Positions 23,715 through 32,031 of a stretch of 64,000 nt of DNA are shown one piece after another. The position numbers were made by a program, and so were the translations under genes. The notes beneath the pieces were generated by a model. That model saw nothing but the letters and a program-made list of their open reading frames with translations, did no database searches and was not told the origin of the DNA. Origin of the DNA: an uncultured Holophagales bacterium (GTDB taxonomy: Bacteria; Acidobacteriota; Thermoanaerobaculia; Multivoradales; UBA5704). The DNA lies in contig CAWJGT010000024.1 of the NCBI GenBank assembly GCA_963842525.1, positions 1 to 64,000 on the forward strand, read 5' to 3'. Each line of letters opens with the position of its first letter. Position 1 is the stretch's first letter.

Positions 23715-24784
23715 GGCTCCACCCCGTTCGTAAGCCCCCCGTCGTAGAGCGTGCCGCAGACGAAGGTTTCTTTCTGAAGCTCCTTGCGGATCACCGTGAT
23801 CTTCTTCTTTTTCTTGAAAAATGAGCGCTTCCGCTTCACCGTGATCGAAACGGACAGCTCGTGGGAGCTCTGGCCGGTGCAATAGTCGGCGAAGAGGATG
23901 CGCCCCGGGCCGTCCACCGGCTGGAGCGAATAGACGGCCAGGTTCAACGGGGGATGCTCGCGGTGGGTGACGTCGATGTAGAGCCCCGGAGGCCGGCCGC
24001 TGCGCAGGAGGTCGCCGCCACCGCTGGCGGTGGCGGCCAGGGCAAAGGCCGGGTCGTCCTCTGCCCCCTCGACGATCCCTTCCTCCACCTCGATCTCGCC
24101 GTCGGCCCCAACCGTATAGTCGGGATAGTGGACCGAGAGGAGAGGCTCGGTGTCGGGAAGGTCGAGCTGGGCGAGGGCGGCCTTGACGGAGACTCCGCGG
24201 GCCTCGACGGCGAGCCTTCGCCTCTCCGCGCCCCCCTGCCGGTCGAGAGAGCCCTGGGGCAGCGGCGGGAACGGCAGGCCCGCGGCCTCCCGGTAGGGCT
24301 CCACCATCCTCCCCTGGGCGCCGTAGCGGGCGGAGAGGAAGCGGTTGCCGAAGAGGACGCGCTGCGACTCCTCGTAGATCACCCGCACCTTGAGCTTGGC
24401 GATGGAGACGGGGCCGAAGCTGCCGTGCTCCTGCTTGAGCTTCTGGACCAGGGTGGTGCTGACGGCCTTTTCATAGAGCGGGGTGTCGATGCAGTGCAGG
24501 AGGCCGCCGTCGTCGAGCGGGACGACCAGGCTCACGGTCATGGCTGCAGGGCCGAGGCGGCGCATCGTCAGGAGGAGCCAGAAGTCGTAACGTGCCTCCG
24601 GATCGGGGTTGACGAGCTTCCAGCAGAAGGAGCCCTCGGCAGGCATCTCCCCGCAGTGGCCGGCGAGCGGAGCGGTACTCGGAGCCAGCGGAGCCAGCGC
24701 AGCCCGCCGGGCCTTGCCGAGGTCGGGCACGAGCCCGCGCAGGAGAGCCTCGGGTGCAAGCTGGGAATCGATCGAAACCGGCAT
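23711..24784 (-). CDS. Hypothetical protein (357 aa) with two predicted long beta-hairpins
   Basis: RBS AAAGGA; no signal peptide; basic hairpin tip VKRKRSFFKKKKKITV. Confidence 0.8.
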   Translation of the reverse strand: MPVSIDSQLAPEALLRGLVPDLGKARRAALAPLAPSTAPLAGHCGEMPAEGSFCWKLVNPDPEARYDFWLLLTMRRLGPAAMTVSLVVPLDDGGLLHCIDTPLYEKAVSTTLVQKLKQEHGSFGPVSIAKLKVRVIYEESQRVLFGNRFLSARYGAQGRMVEPYREAAGLPFPPLPQGSLDRQGGAERRRLAVEARGVSVKAALAQLDLPDTEPLLSVHYPDYTVGADGEIEVEEGIVEGAEDDPAFALAATASGGGDLLRSGRPPGLYIDVTHREHPPLNLAVYSLQPVDGPGRILFADYCTGQSSHELSVSITVKRKRSFFKKKKKITVIRKELQKETFVCGTLYDGGLTNGVEP

Positions 24785-24796
24785 GGTCTTGTCCTT

Positions 24797-25744
24797 TCAA
24801 CTTTCCCTGCATACGAACTTGTCCGGGCCGACGTCGACCGACAGGCGTTGCCACGCCTCGAACTTGAGCTTCGAGTGGAGCTGCATGAAGTTGAGGTCGA
24901 ATTTCACCGGCTGGCCGGTGGCGGGATCGGTCTTCGGCTGGCCGTTCTCGTGGACGGCGTCATCTTTCTTGGGGCTGGCGTTGACGACGCCCGACGGGGG
25001 CAGGCTGAGGTTGAATCCGAGGCCGATGCTGAAGCCGATCTGGGTGAACTTCAGGGTGTGTTTGAGCAACACCTTGCGTTCGTCCTCGAACTCGAACTGT
25101 GTGGAGCAGACGCGGATCTTCCTGGGCGCGTCGGGGACGAGCGGATCGTTGATGGGGATGGTGGTCTGGACGATCCCGAAGTTACCGAAAAAGCAGGTGT
25201 GCGCCGTGATGAGGAAAGGGATCAGGCGGATGCCTCCGGCGGCGGCAGGATCGGCGATCGGCCAGTGCACGACCTCGGTCGGCCGGTTCCAGTTTTCAGG
25301 GCAGGTGCCGGGCTTGACGTCGGTGAAGATCCCCTGGACCTGCTTGAGCAGCTCGGTGTTGTTCTGGAACGCCGACTCGATGGCGGTCTGGATGCCGGCA
25401 CCCGGCTGCCCGGTGGAAGGGGTTCCGGTCTTGCCATCGGTCTTGTTGTCGGTGACGCCCCGGCGCGACGAGGGGCGGAGGCGGGCGAAGCCTTCCGCGC
25501 TGCGGCCGTAGTCGAAAACCTTGCGAACCTGGTCGGCGCGGAGATCCTGGAGTTGCTCGCGCACGTCGCGCTCCGTGTAGACGTGGACCTGCACCCGGCC
25601 CTGCGGGGCGGCCCCCAGGACCAGCAGGGCCTGGTCGGGGTCGCCCAGGTGGTCGAGGCGGACATAGTGGCGTTTGCGGTCGAGCTCTCCCTGCGGTGCC
25701 GCGAGGAGGTCTCCGAGGCGTTGCGTGGTCAAGAGAGTCGTCAT
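24797..25744 (-). CDS. Hypothetical protein (315 aa) with long amphipathic beta-hairpin
   Basis: RBS AGGAGG; alternating strands LKFTQIGFSIGLGFNLSL and VKFDLNFMQLHSKLKFE. Confidence 0.8.
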   Translation of the reverse strand: MTTLLTTQRLGDLLAAPQGELDRKRHYVRLDHLGDPDQALLVLGAAPQGRVQVHVYTERDVREQLQDLRADQVRKVFDYGRSAEGFARLRPSSRRGVTDNKTDGKTGTPSTGQPGAGIQTAIESAFQNNTELLKQVQGIFTDVKPGTCPENWNRPTEVVHWPIADPAAAGGIRLIPFLITAHTCFFGNFGIVQTTIPINDPLVPDAPRKIRVCSTQFEFEDERKVLLKHTLKFTQIGFSIGLGFNLSLPPSGVVNASPKKDDAVHENGQPKTDPATGQPVKFDLNFMQLHSKLKFEAWQRLSVDVGPDKFVCRES

Positions 25745-25753
25745 GGCAGCCTC

Positions 25754-26017
25754 CTAAGCAAAAACCTTCTCGAACTCGAACTTGCCCTTCGCACTGAACT
25801 CCAGGAAGAGCACCTCGACGAGCACGTCCCCGCCCGGCAAGGGATAGGTCTTGTCGCCGGGCTCCTGGTCTTTGAGCTCTTTCCCTGCGATCCTGACCCC
25901 CACTGTCCCCTTCCCGAGATTGCGGATGGTGACCTCCTTGAGGTTCGTCGAAACGCCGTCGACAGGTTTTCCGCTGTTCACCGACCAGTCTTGTGTCGCA
26001 GTCTCTGTTTCGCTCAT
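25754..26017 (-). CDS. Small hypothetical beta-rich protein (87 aa), first gene of the operon
   Basis: Purine-rich RBS (AAGGGGAAGG), plausible codon usage, 9-nt gap to the next gene. Confidence 0.7.
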   Translation of the reverse strand: MSETETATQDWSVNSGKPVDGVSTNLKEVTIRNLGKGTVGVRIAGKELKDQEPGDKTYPLPGGDVLVEVLFLEFSAKGKFEFEKVFA

Positions 26018-26188
26018 TGCCTTCCCCTTCTTCGGTGAGTGGGCCTTGCAGCCCGGGTTCGGGCACTCTGTGCGGGAAGGCGGCCGGCTATTTCATGTAT
26101 GACATCTGTCACCCCCAACTCCTGACGTTCCACCCTGCCCCGCCCCCTCCCCCTTCGCCGAGAATCCTCTCGGAAGGAGGAGAATGCG

Positions 26189-27139
26189 ATGCCAGACAAG
26201 ACGGACATCCGACGGCCCCGGCCCGGCGAGACGATCGCCGAGCTCAAGGGGGCTGTGAAGCGGTATGGGAAGGTGACGGCGTTGGAGGGGGTCGACTTGC
26301 AGGTGCGGGCCGGTGAGGTGCTGGCGGTGCTCGGGCCCAACGGGGCGGGCAAGACCACGGCGGTGCATCTGCTGCTCGGGCTGCTGCGGGCCGGCGGCGG
26401 CTCGGCCAGGCTGTTCGGGCTCGATCCGCGCGATCCGGCGGCCCGGGTGCGGGTTGGCGCCATGCTCCAGATCTCGAATGTGCCCGAGACGCTCAAGGTC
26501 CGCGAGCACATCGACCTGATTTCCAGCTACTACCCGCGGCCTCTCCCGCAGCGCGAGACGCTGGCCGCGGCCGGCCTGGAGGGGATCGAGGGCCGGCTCT
26601 TCGGCAAGCTTTCGGGCGGGCAGCGCCAGCGGGTGCTCTTCGCTCTCGCCCTCTGCGGCGATCCGGACCTGCTGTTCCTCGACGAGCCCACGGTCGGGCT
26701 CGACGTGGAGGCCCGGCGTGGCCTCTGGGCCCAGATCCGCGGCAAGGTGGCGGCCGGCCGCACGGTGCTGCTGACCACGCACTACCTGGAGGAGGCGGAC
26801 GCCCTGGCCGACCGGATCGTGCTGCTCCACCAGGGCCGCGTCCTCGCCGAGGGGACCCCCGCCGAGATCAAGTCACGCGTGGGCGGACGGAAGATCCGCT
26901 GCCGGACCGCCCTGGCGGTGCAGGACATCGCCGCCCTGCCCGGCGTGCGCAACGCCCGGAAAGACGGCGAAACCACGGAGCTGTTCGCGGCCGAGGCCGA
27001 GCGGGTCGTCCGCGAGCTGCTCGCCCGAGATCCCCGGCTTATGGACCTGGAGGTCCGCGGCGCCGATCTCGAAGAAGCGTTCCTGTCCCTCACCGGGACG
27101 GGACAGAACCATCCGGAAAGGAAAGAGGTGGCAGCATGA
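26189..27139 (+). CDS. ABC-2 type transporter ATP-binding protein
   Basis: GPNGAGKT, LSGGQ, LFLDEPTVGLD, TTHY. Confidence 0.92.
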   Translation: MPDKTDIRRPRPGETIAELKGAVKRYGKVTALEGVDLQVRAGEVLAVLGPNGAGKTTAVHLLLGLLRAGGGSARLFGLDPRDPAARVRVGAMLQISNVPETLKVREHIDLISSYYPRPLPQRETLAAAGLEGIEGRLFGKLSGGQRQRVLFALALCGDPDLLFLDEPTVGLDVEARRGLWAQIRGKVAAGRTVLLTTHYLEEADALADRIVLLHQGRVLAEGTPAEIKSRVGGRKIRCRTALAVQDIAALPGVRNARKDGETTELFAAEAERVVRELLARDPRLMDLEVRGADLEEAFLSLTGTGQNHPERKEVAA

Positions 27140-27915
27140 GCGCCGGGACGCTGTCTCAGGGAAGAAACCTCTGGCGGATCTACGGCCTGGAGGCGAAATA
27201 CGAATTCCTCAAGCTGTTGCGGCTGCCCATGTACGCCATTCCGACGCTGGCCTTTCCGCTGATGTTCTACCTGCTCTTCGGCCTCTCCATGAAGAGCAAG
27301 ACGTTCGCGATGGGGACCTACCTGCTCGCCACCTACGGCTCGTTCGGCGTGATCGGCGTGGCCCTCTTCGGCTTCGGTGTGGGGATCGCCGTCGAGCGCG
27401 GCCAGGGATGGATGCTGTTCAAGCGGGCTACGCCCATGCCGCCGCTGGCCCACGTCTTCGGCAAGCTGGTGATGTGCCTGATCTTCTCCACGATCCTGGT
27501 GGCCGCGCTGTTCACCCTCGGCCTCACGGTCGGCGGGGTGGACCTGCCGGCCACGACCCTGGCGGCCCTGGCAGGGGTGCTGATTGCCGGAGCGATCCCG
27601 TTCGCCGCCTTCGGCCTGGCCCTCGGCTCGTGGATGGGACCCAACTCGGCACCGGCCATTGTCAACCTGATCTATCTGCCGGCCGCCTTCGCCTCCGGCA
27701 TGTGGATCCCGATCCAGGCGCTGCCGCAGTTCTTTCAAAAGCTGGCGCCGTGGCTCCCCATGTATCACTACTCGCAGCTCGCCCTTGGCGTGATCGGCAT
27801 GGCGCGGGAGGACAACCCGGCGAAGGCCGTGGCGGTGCTGGCCGTCTTCACGGTCTTGTCGTTGGCGCTCGCCGTGGCGGGCTTCCGGCGCGACGAAGGA
27901 CGGACGTTCGGGTAA
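27136..27915 (+). CDS. ABC-2 type transporter permease
   Basis: About six TM helices, ERGQGW motif, overlaps the ATPase stop. Confidence 0.9.
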   Translation: MSAGTLSQGRNLWRIYGLEAKYEFLKLLRLPMYAIPTLAFPLMFYLLFGLSMKSKTFAMGTYLLATYGSFGVIGVALFGFGVGIAVERGQGWMLFKRATPMPPLAHVFGKLVMCLIFSTILVAALFTLGLTVGGVDLPATTLAALAGVLIAGAIPFAAFGLALGSWMGPNSAPAIVNLIYLPAAFASGMWIPIQALPQFFQKLAPWLPMYHYSQLALGVIGMAREDNPAKAVAVLAVFTVLSLALAVAGFRRDEGRTFG

Positions 27916-27924
27916 TCTAGTCCC

Positions 27925-29070
27925 ATGCGCCTGCGCCTCCTCCCCGACCTTCCCGAGCTGAGCTGGACGCCGTATGCCTGGCTGATCTACCTCGGGATCT
28001 TCCTGATGAACCCCATCCTGGGGGAGGCTTCGGCGGGCGAGTGGGCCTTGACGATCGTGGGCCTGCTCGCCTTCCTGGTCCTCTACTTCGTGGGGTACTG
28101 GATCCGCGACGCGCGCATCCTCTGGATCGTGGCGGGCATTACGCTGCTGGGCGTGCTCTTCGCTCCGTTCAACACCGGGTCGAGCGTCTTCTTCATCTAT
28201 GCTGCCAGCTTCCTCGGCTACAGCCTGCGCCCGGCGGTGGCGGCCCGCATCATCGCCCTCCTGGTCCTCCTCCTCATCGTCGTGGCCTGGGCGTTCGAGC
28301 GTCCGCCCTACTTCTGGATCCCGGGGATCATCTTCACCATCCTGATCGGCGGCATCAACGTCCACTTCGCCGAGGTGTCGCGGGGTCATGCCCGGCTCCA
28401 GGCGTCCCAGGAAGAGGCGCAGCGCCTGGCCCGCACGGCCGAACGGGAGCGGATCGCCCGCGACCTCCACGACGTGCTGGGCCACACGCTCTCGGTCATC
28501 ACCCTCAAGTCCGAGCTGGCGGCGAAGCTGGTCCCGCGGGATCCGGAGCGGGCCGCCCAGGAGATGCGGGACGTCGAGAGGATCTCCCGCGAGGCCCTGC
28601 GGGAGGTGCGAGCGGCGATCGCCGGTTACCGATCGGAGGGGCTCGCGAGCGAGATGGCCCGGGCACGGCTGGCCGTCGAGTCGGCCGGGATGAAGATCGA
28701 GTACTTCGCGGTCCCCGTGGAGCTCGGCCCTGTGGAGGAGACCGTCCTCGCCCTGGCCTTGCGCGAGGCGGTCACCAACGTGGTGCGTCACGCAAGGAGC
28801 AGCACCTGCCGGATCTCCCTGGAGCCGATCGATGGCGGCGTGCGCCTGGAGGTGCGGGACGATGGCCGGGGCTCCGACGCACCCGATGGAGTAGGCCTGT
28901 CGGTCATGCGCGAACGGGTCGAGGGGCTCGGCGGCTCTCTGGAGCGGAAGGTGGATGGCGGCACGGTGATCACCGTGACCGTGCCGTACCGGCCGGCGCC
29001 GGCCGAATCCGTCGAGAAGGCTCGCGAGCACCCGTCGTCGGGAGCCCTGGCGCCGGAGGGCGCCCGCTGA
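27925..29070 (+). CDS. DesK-like sensor histidine kinase (HisKA_3)
   Basis: N-terminal TMs, ERERIARDLHDVLGH, EAVTNVVRHA, DDGRG, GLSVMRER. Confidence 0.92.
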   Translation: MRLRLLPDLPELSWTPYAWLIYLGIFLMNPILGEASAGEWALTIVGLLAFLVLYFVGYWIRDARILWIVAGITLLGVLFAPFNTGSSVFFIYAASFLGYSLRPAVAARIIALLVLLLIVVAWAFERPPYFWIPGIIFTILIGGINVHFAEVSRGHARLQASQEEAQRLARTAERERIARDLHDVLGHTLSVITLKSELAAKLVPRDPERAAQEMRDVERISREALREVRAAIAGYRSEGLASEMARARLAVESAGMKIEYFAVPVELGPVEETVLALALREAVTNVVRHARSSTCRISLEPIDGGVRLEVRDDGRGSDAPDGVGLSVMRERVEGLGGSLERKVDGGTVITVTVPYRPAPAESVEKAREHPSSGALAPEGAR

Positions 29071-29077
29071 TCCGCCC

Positions 29078-29680
29078 ATGATCAGGGTCCTGATCGCCGA
29101 AGACCAGTCCATGGTCCTCGGAGCGCTCTCAGCGCTTCTCGAGCTGGAGCCGGACCTGGAGGTCGTCGGCCGTGCCCGGGACGGCCGCGAGGCCCTGGAC
29201 CTGGCCGGCAAGCTCCGGCCGGACGTGATCGTGACCGACATCGAGATGCCGCGCATGACCGGCTTGGAGCTGGCCGCCGCCTTGCGCGAGCAGGGGAGCA
29301 CGGTCCGCGTGGTCATCGTCACGACCTTTGGCCGCAGCGGTTATCTGCGTCGGGCCCTGGAGTCCGGCGTGACCGGCTACCTCCTGAAGGATTCTCCCGC
29401 CGAGCAGCTCGCCGAGGCGATCCGCCGCGTCCATGCCGGCCTGCGGGCCATCTCTCCCGAGCTGGCAGCCGCCGCCTGGGACGAGCCCGATCCCCTGACC
29501 GACCGCGAGCGCCAGGTCCTGCGCCTGGCCGGGGACGGGCTCTCCACCGTCAAGATCGGCTCCGAGCTGCACCTCTCCGAAGGAACCGTCCGCAACTACC
29601 TCTCGGAAGCGATCAGCAAGCTCGGCGCGGAGAACCGGGTGGAAGCGGCGCGGATTGCGCGGCAGCGGGGGTGGTTGTAA
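29078..29680 (+). CDS. DesR/NarL-family response regulator
   Basis: Receiver AED..TDIEMP..TTF..LLK; LuxR HTH LTDRE..SEGTVRNY. Confidence 0.92.
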   Translation: MIRVLIAEDQSMVLGALSALLELEPDLEVVGRARDGREALDLAGKLRPDVIVTDIEMPRMTGLELAAALREQGSTVRVVIVTTFGRSGYLRRALESGVTGYLLKDSPAEQLAEAIRRVHAGLRAISPELAAAAWDEPDPLTDRERQVLRLAGDGLSTVKIGSELHLSEGTVRNYLSEAISKLGAENRVEAARIARQRGWL

Positions 29681-29728
29681 CCGCCGCGCCTTTCCCGTGT
29701 CGCAACGTCAAAATCCCTGGCGCAGCCT

Positions 29729-30013
29729 CTCCGTCACCTGCCTTTGCGGCTCCGTCACTGCCGCAGAGCCAGAGGTTTTAGCCTGAGCTAACGTGACACC
29801 TGCCTTTGCCGCTCCGTCATGTACGGAACGCCAGAGGTTTTAGCCGCAGCTAATAACGCGTCACGTGCCTTTGAGCCAAAATCATGACCTTTGGCTCTCC
29901 GTCACTGCCGCAGAGCCAGAGGCTTTAGCCGCAGCTAACGCGTCACGTGCCTTTGCGCCAAAGTCATGACCGCTGGCTCTGCGCCACGTGCCTTTGCGGT
30001 TGCGCCGTGTCAC
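29729..30013. repeat. Degenerate tandem repeat built of 20-21 bp subunits
   Basis: CACSTGCCTTTG x5, CCAGAGGYTTTAGCC x3, CTCCGTCA x4; first higher-order unit is about 62 bp. Confidence 0.75.
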
Positions 30014-30147
30014 AGCACAGGATTTTCCCTTCCACGCGGGGGAGAGAGCTGGCGGAACCGAGAGGACGCTATCCTTTTCCTGATTGGGAGAAGACTCTGC
30101 CGGGGGAGTTGGCGCGCGTCAGTCCCATCCCAATTGCCGTACGCTGC

Positions 30148-30384
30148 CAGCCCCGAAGGGGCGACAGCATAGAGCCTGGGGCGTCAGCCCCAGGAAGAAG
30201 ACACCCCAAGAACCCCGAGCCCTGCAAGGGCGACAGCAGACGATAGCCGGTAGCCTGTCCATGACATCGTCACGAAGCAGCAAGGCGGCGGTCTGCTGCC
30301 GCCCCTTCGGGGCTGAATGAGGATAGGTGGCCCTGTTCCTGGGGCTGACGCCCCAGGCTCTATGCTTCCGCCCCTTCGGGGCTG
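30148..30384. repeat. REPIN/BIME-like inverted palindrome cluster (GCCCCGAAGGGGC / CCTGGGGCGTCAGCCCCAGG family)
   Basis: CAGCCCCGAAGGGGCGACAGCATAGAGCCTGGGGCGTCAGCCCCAGGAA on the left is mirrored by its near-perfect reverse complement on the right, with inner palindromes. Confidence 0.8.
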
Positions 30385-31078
30385 CCTGTGTCGCCGAGAG
30401 CCGCGACGACCTCCGGGGCGTCGCGCGGCGAGCGGCGCTCTTCGGCGTTCGGGACGAGGGGTGTGACCGTCCGCGGTGGGAGAGACCGCGCGAGCAGGTC
30501 TTCGACCGCACGATCTCGCTGCGGACTCTGTCGAGGTCCGGGGCCTCGAAGGTCCACTCGACGGCATCGAGAAAACCCTTCCACCCTTCCGGCTCGGCGT
30601 CGAGCCAGGCCACGGCCTCGGCGAGCCATTCCGGAGGAAGTTCATCCCCCAGCACGATCGAGCGGATGGCGGCGCAGACTTCGGGCCGGCGGTCTCCCTC
30701 CTGCCATGCTTTCAGGAGATCGAAATCCAGGCCGCCCTTGCGCGACCGCCTCCGGTACGCCGTCGTGGTGAAGAGGAAGCGCCGTTCCCTTCCCTCTGGT
30801 TGGAGGGTGGCGTAGCTGCGCAGGAACTGGCGCAGGCTCTCCACCACGGCCCTGTCGGCAAGCCCCAGGCCGCCTGAGTACGCCTTGACCTGCTCGAAGA
30901 TGCTCCCGCCGCCGAGGATATGCCGGTCGAGATCCTCGTCTCCTTCACAGACGAGCACCTCTCCCGGCTCCAAGTCGACCCAGCGCAGGACGCCCAGGCA
31001 GGTCTGGTAGAGATAGCCGCGGATCGTCGCGTGGGCGGAGCGGTCCCGGCGGGGTGGAGCGGGCGTTGTCGGCGTCAC
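30360..31078 (-). CDS. Cap4/DUF4297-like PD-(D/E)xK dsDNA endonuclease domain protein (3' end uncertain: 30360 with a frameshift, or read-through to 30119)
   Basis: SAHATIRGYLYQ...EGDEDLD...FEQVK...FLFTT pattern. Confidence 0.65.
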
Positions 31079-31121
31079 CTTGAAGATAAGGATAACGCCG
31101 TGGCAAGCGTTGGGAAGAGGA

Positions 31122-31704
31122 GCTGGCCCAGCGCGCGCTCCACAAAACCAGCGTGTGCTCGCACTGGAGCAGCGTCTCGGGACGCTGGCTCAGCGCGCGC
31201 TCCGCAAAACCAGCGTGTGCTCACACTGGAGCAGCGTCTCGGGACGCTGGCCCAGCTTGTGCTCCGCAAAACCAGCGTGTGCTCGCACTGGAGCAGCGTC
31301 TCGGGACGCTGGCCCAGCGTGCGCTCCGCAAAACCAGCGTGTGCTCGCACTGGAGCAGCGTCTCGGGACGCTGGCCCAGCGTGCGCTCCGCAAAACCAGC
31401 GTGTGCTCGCACTGGAGCAGCGTCTCGGGACGCTGGCCCAGCGTGTGCTCCGCAAAACCAGCGTGTGCTCGCACTGGAGCAGCGTCTCGGGACGCTGGCC
31501 CAGCGTGTGCTCCGCAAAACCAGCGTGTGCTCGCACTGGAGCAGCGTCTCGGGACGCTGGCCCAGCGTGTGCTCCGCAAAACCAGCGTGTGCTCACACTG
31601 GAGCAGCGTCTCGGGACGCTGGCCCAGCGTGTGCTCCGCAAAACCAGCGTGTGCTCGCACTGGAGCAGCGTCTCGGGACGCTGGCCCAGCGTGTGCTCCG
31701 CAAA
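31122..31704. repeat. 62-bp tandem repeat, about 9.4 near-identical copies
   Basis: Unit GCTGGCCCAGCGTGTGCTCCGCAAAACCAGCGTGTGCTCGCACTGGAGCAGCGTCTCGGGAC at 31122, 31184 ... 31680; no unique spacers. Confidence 0.95.
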
Positions 31705-31744
31705 CGCCGAGGTCTGCGGCCGTTGATCGGCCGCTGACCAGGCC

Positions 31745-31951
31745 TCAGAGAGGGTTGTCGAGCCCTACGATCGCCGGGCGCAGGAAGCGGCCGGACCGGT
31801 CGACTCCTGACGAGGAGCGTCCCGCCACGGCGTCCCGGATGTTCTGGAGGAGCTCTTCGAGCGAATCGCCCCGGGTGGCACAGCGGAGGGCGGGGACAAC
31901 CGCCCAGAACCCGCCCTCTTCGACTTCGTGGATGACGACCTTCACCTGCAT
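31745..31951 (-). CDS. hicB: HicB-family antitoxin-like protein, orphan and possibly degenerate
   Basis: VVIHEVEEGGFWAVVPALRCATRGDSLEELLQNIRDAV matches the HicB N-terminal pattern; no adjacent hicA. Confidence 0.7.
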   Translation of the reverse strand: MQVKVVIHEVEEGGFWAVVPALRCATRGDSLEELLQNIRDAVAGRSSSGVDRSGRFLRPAIVGLDNPL

Positions 31952-32031
31952 GGCGTGCTCTCCTTGATGCAGACACCGAGGCCCTGAAAACTACGAAAAG
32001 GGCCGCTGAAGAATGGCGATTCTACTACACT

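Noticed and set aside
24797-25744. Calling the 315-aa protein a bacterial gasdermin because of the nearby CHAT protease
   Set aside because: No N-terminal Cys or recognisable gasdermin sequence pattern by eye; kept only as a generic beta-hairpin protein pending a structure search.
26189-29680. ABC exporter and two-component system as part of the novel operon
   Set aside because: A common stand-alone four-gene DesK/DesR-type module transcribed divergently; nothing in the sequence beyond adjacency links them.
30148-30384. tRNA or structured ncRNA gene
   Set aside because: No cloverleaf or T-loop signature; the symmetry is explained by inverted REP-type palindromes.
31122-31704. CRISPR array
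   Set aside because: Units are contiguous and near-identical with no unique spacers, and no cas genes occur in the window.
30920-31967. Long repetitive ORFs in several frames across the 62-bp array
   Set aside because: The consensus unit has no stop codon and its length is not a multiple of 3, so all frames stay open and cycle through the same peptide; not evidence of protein coding.
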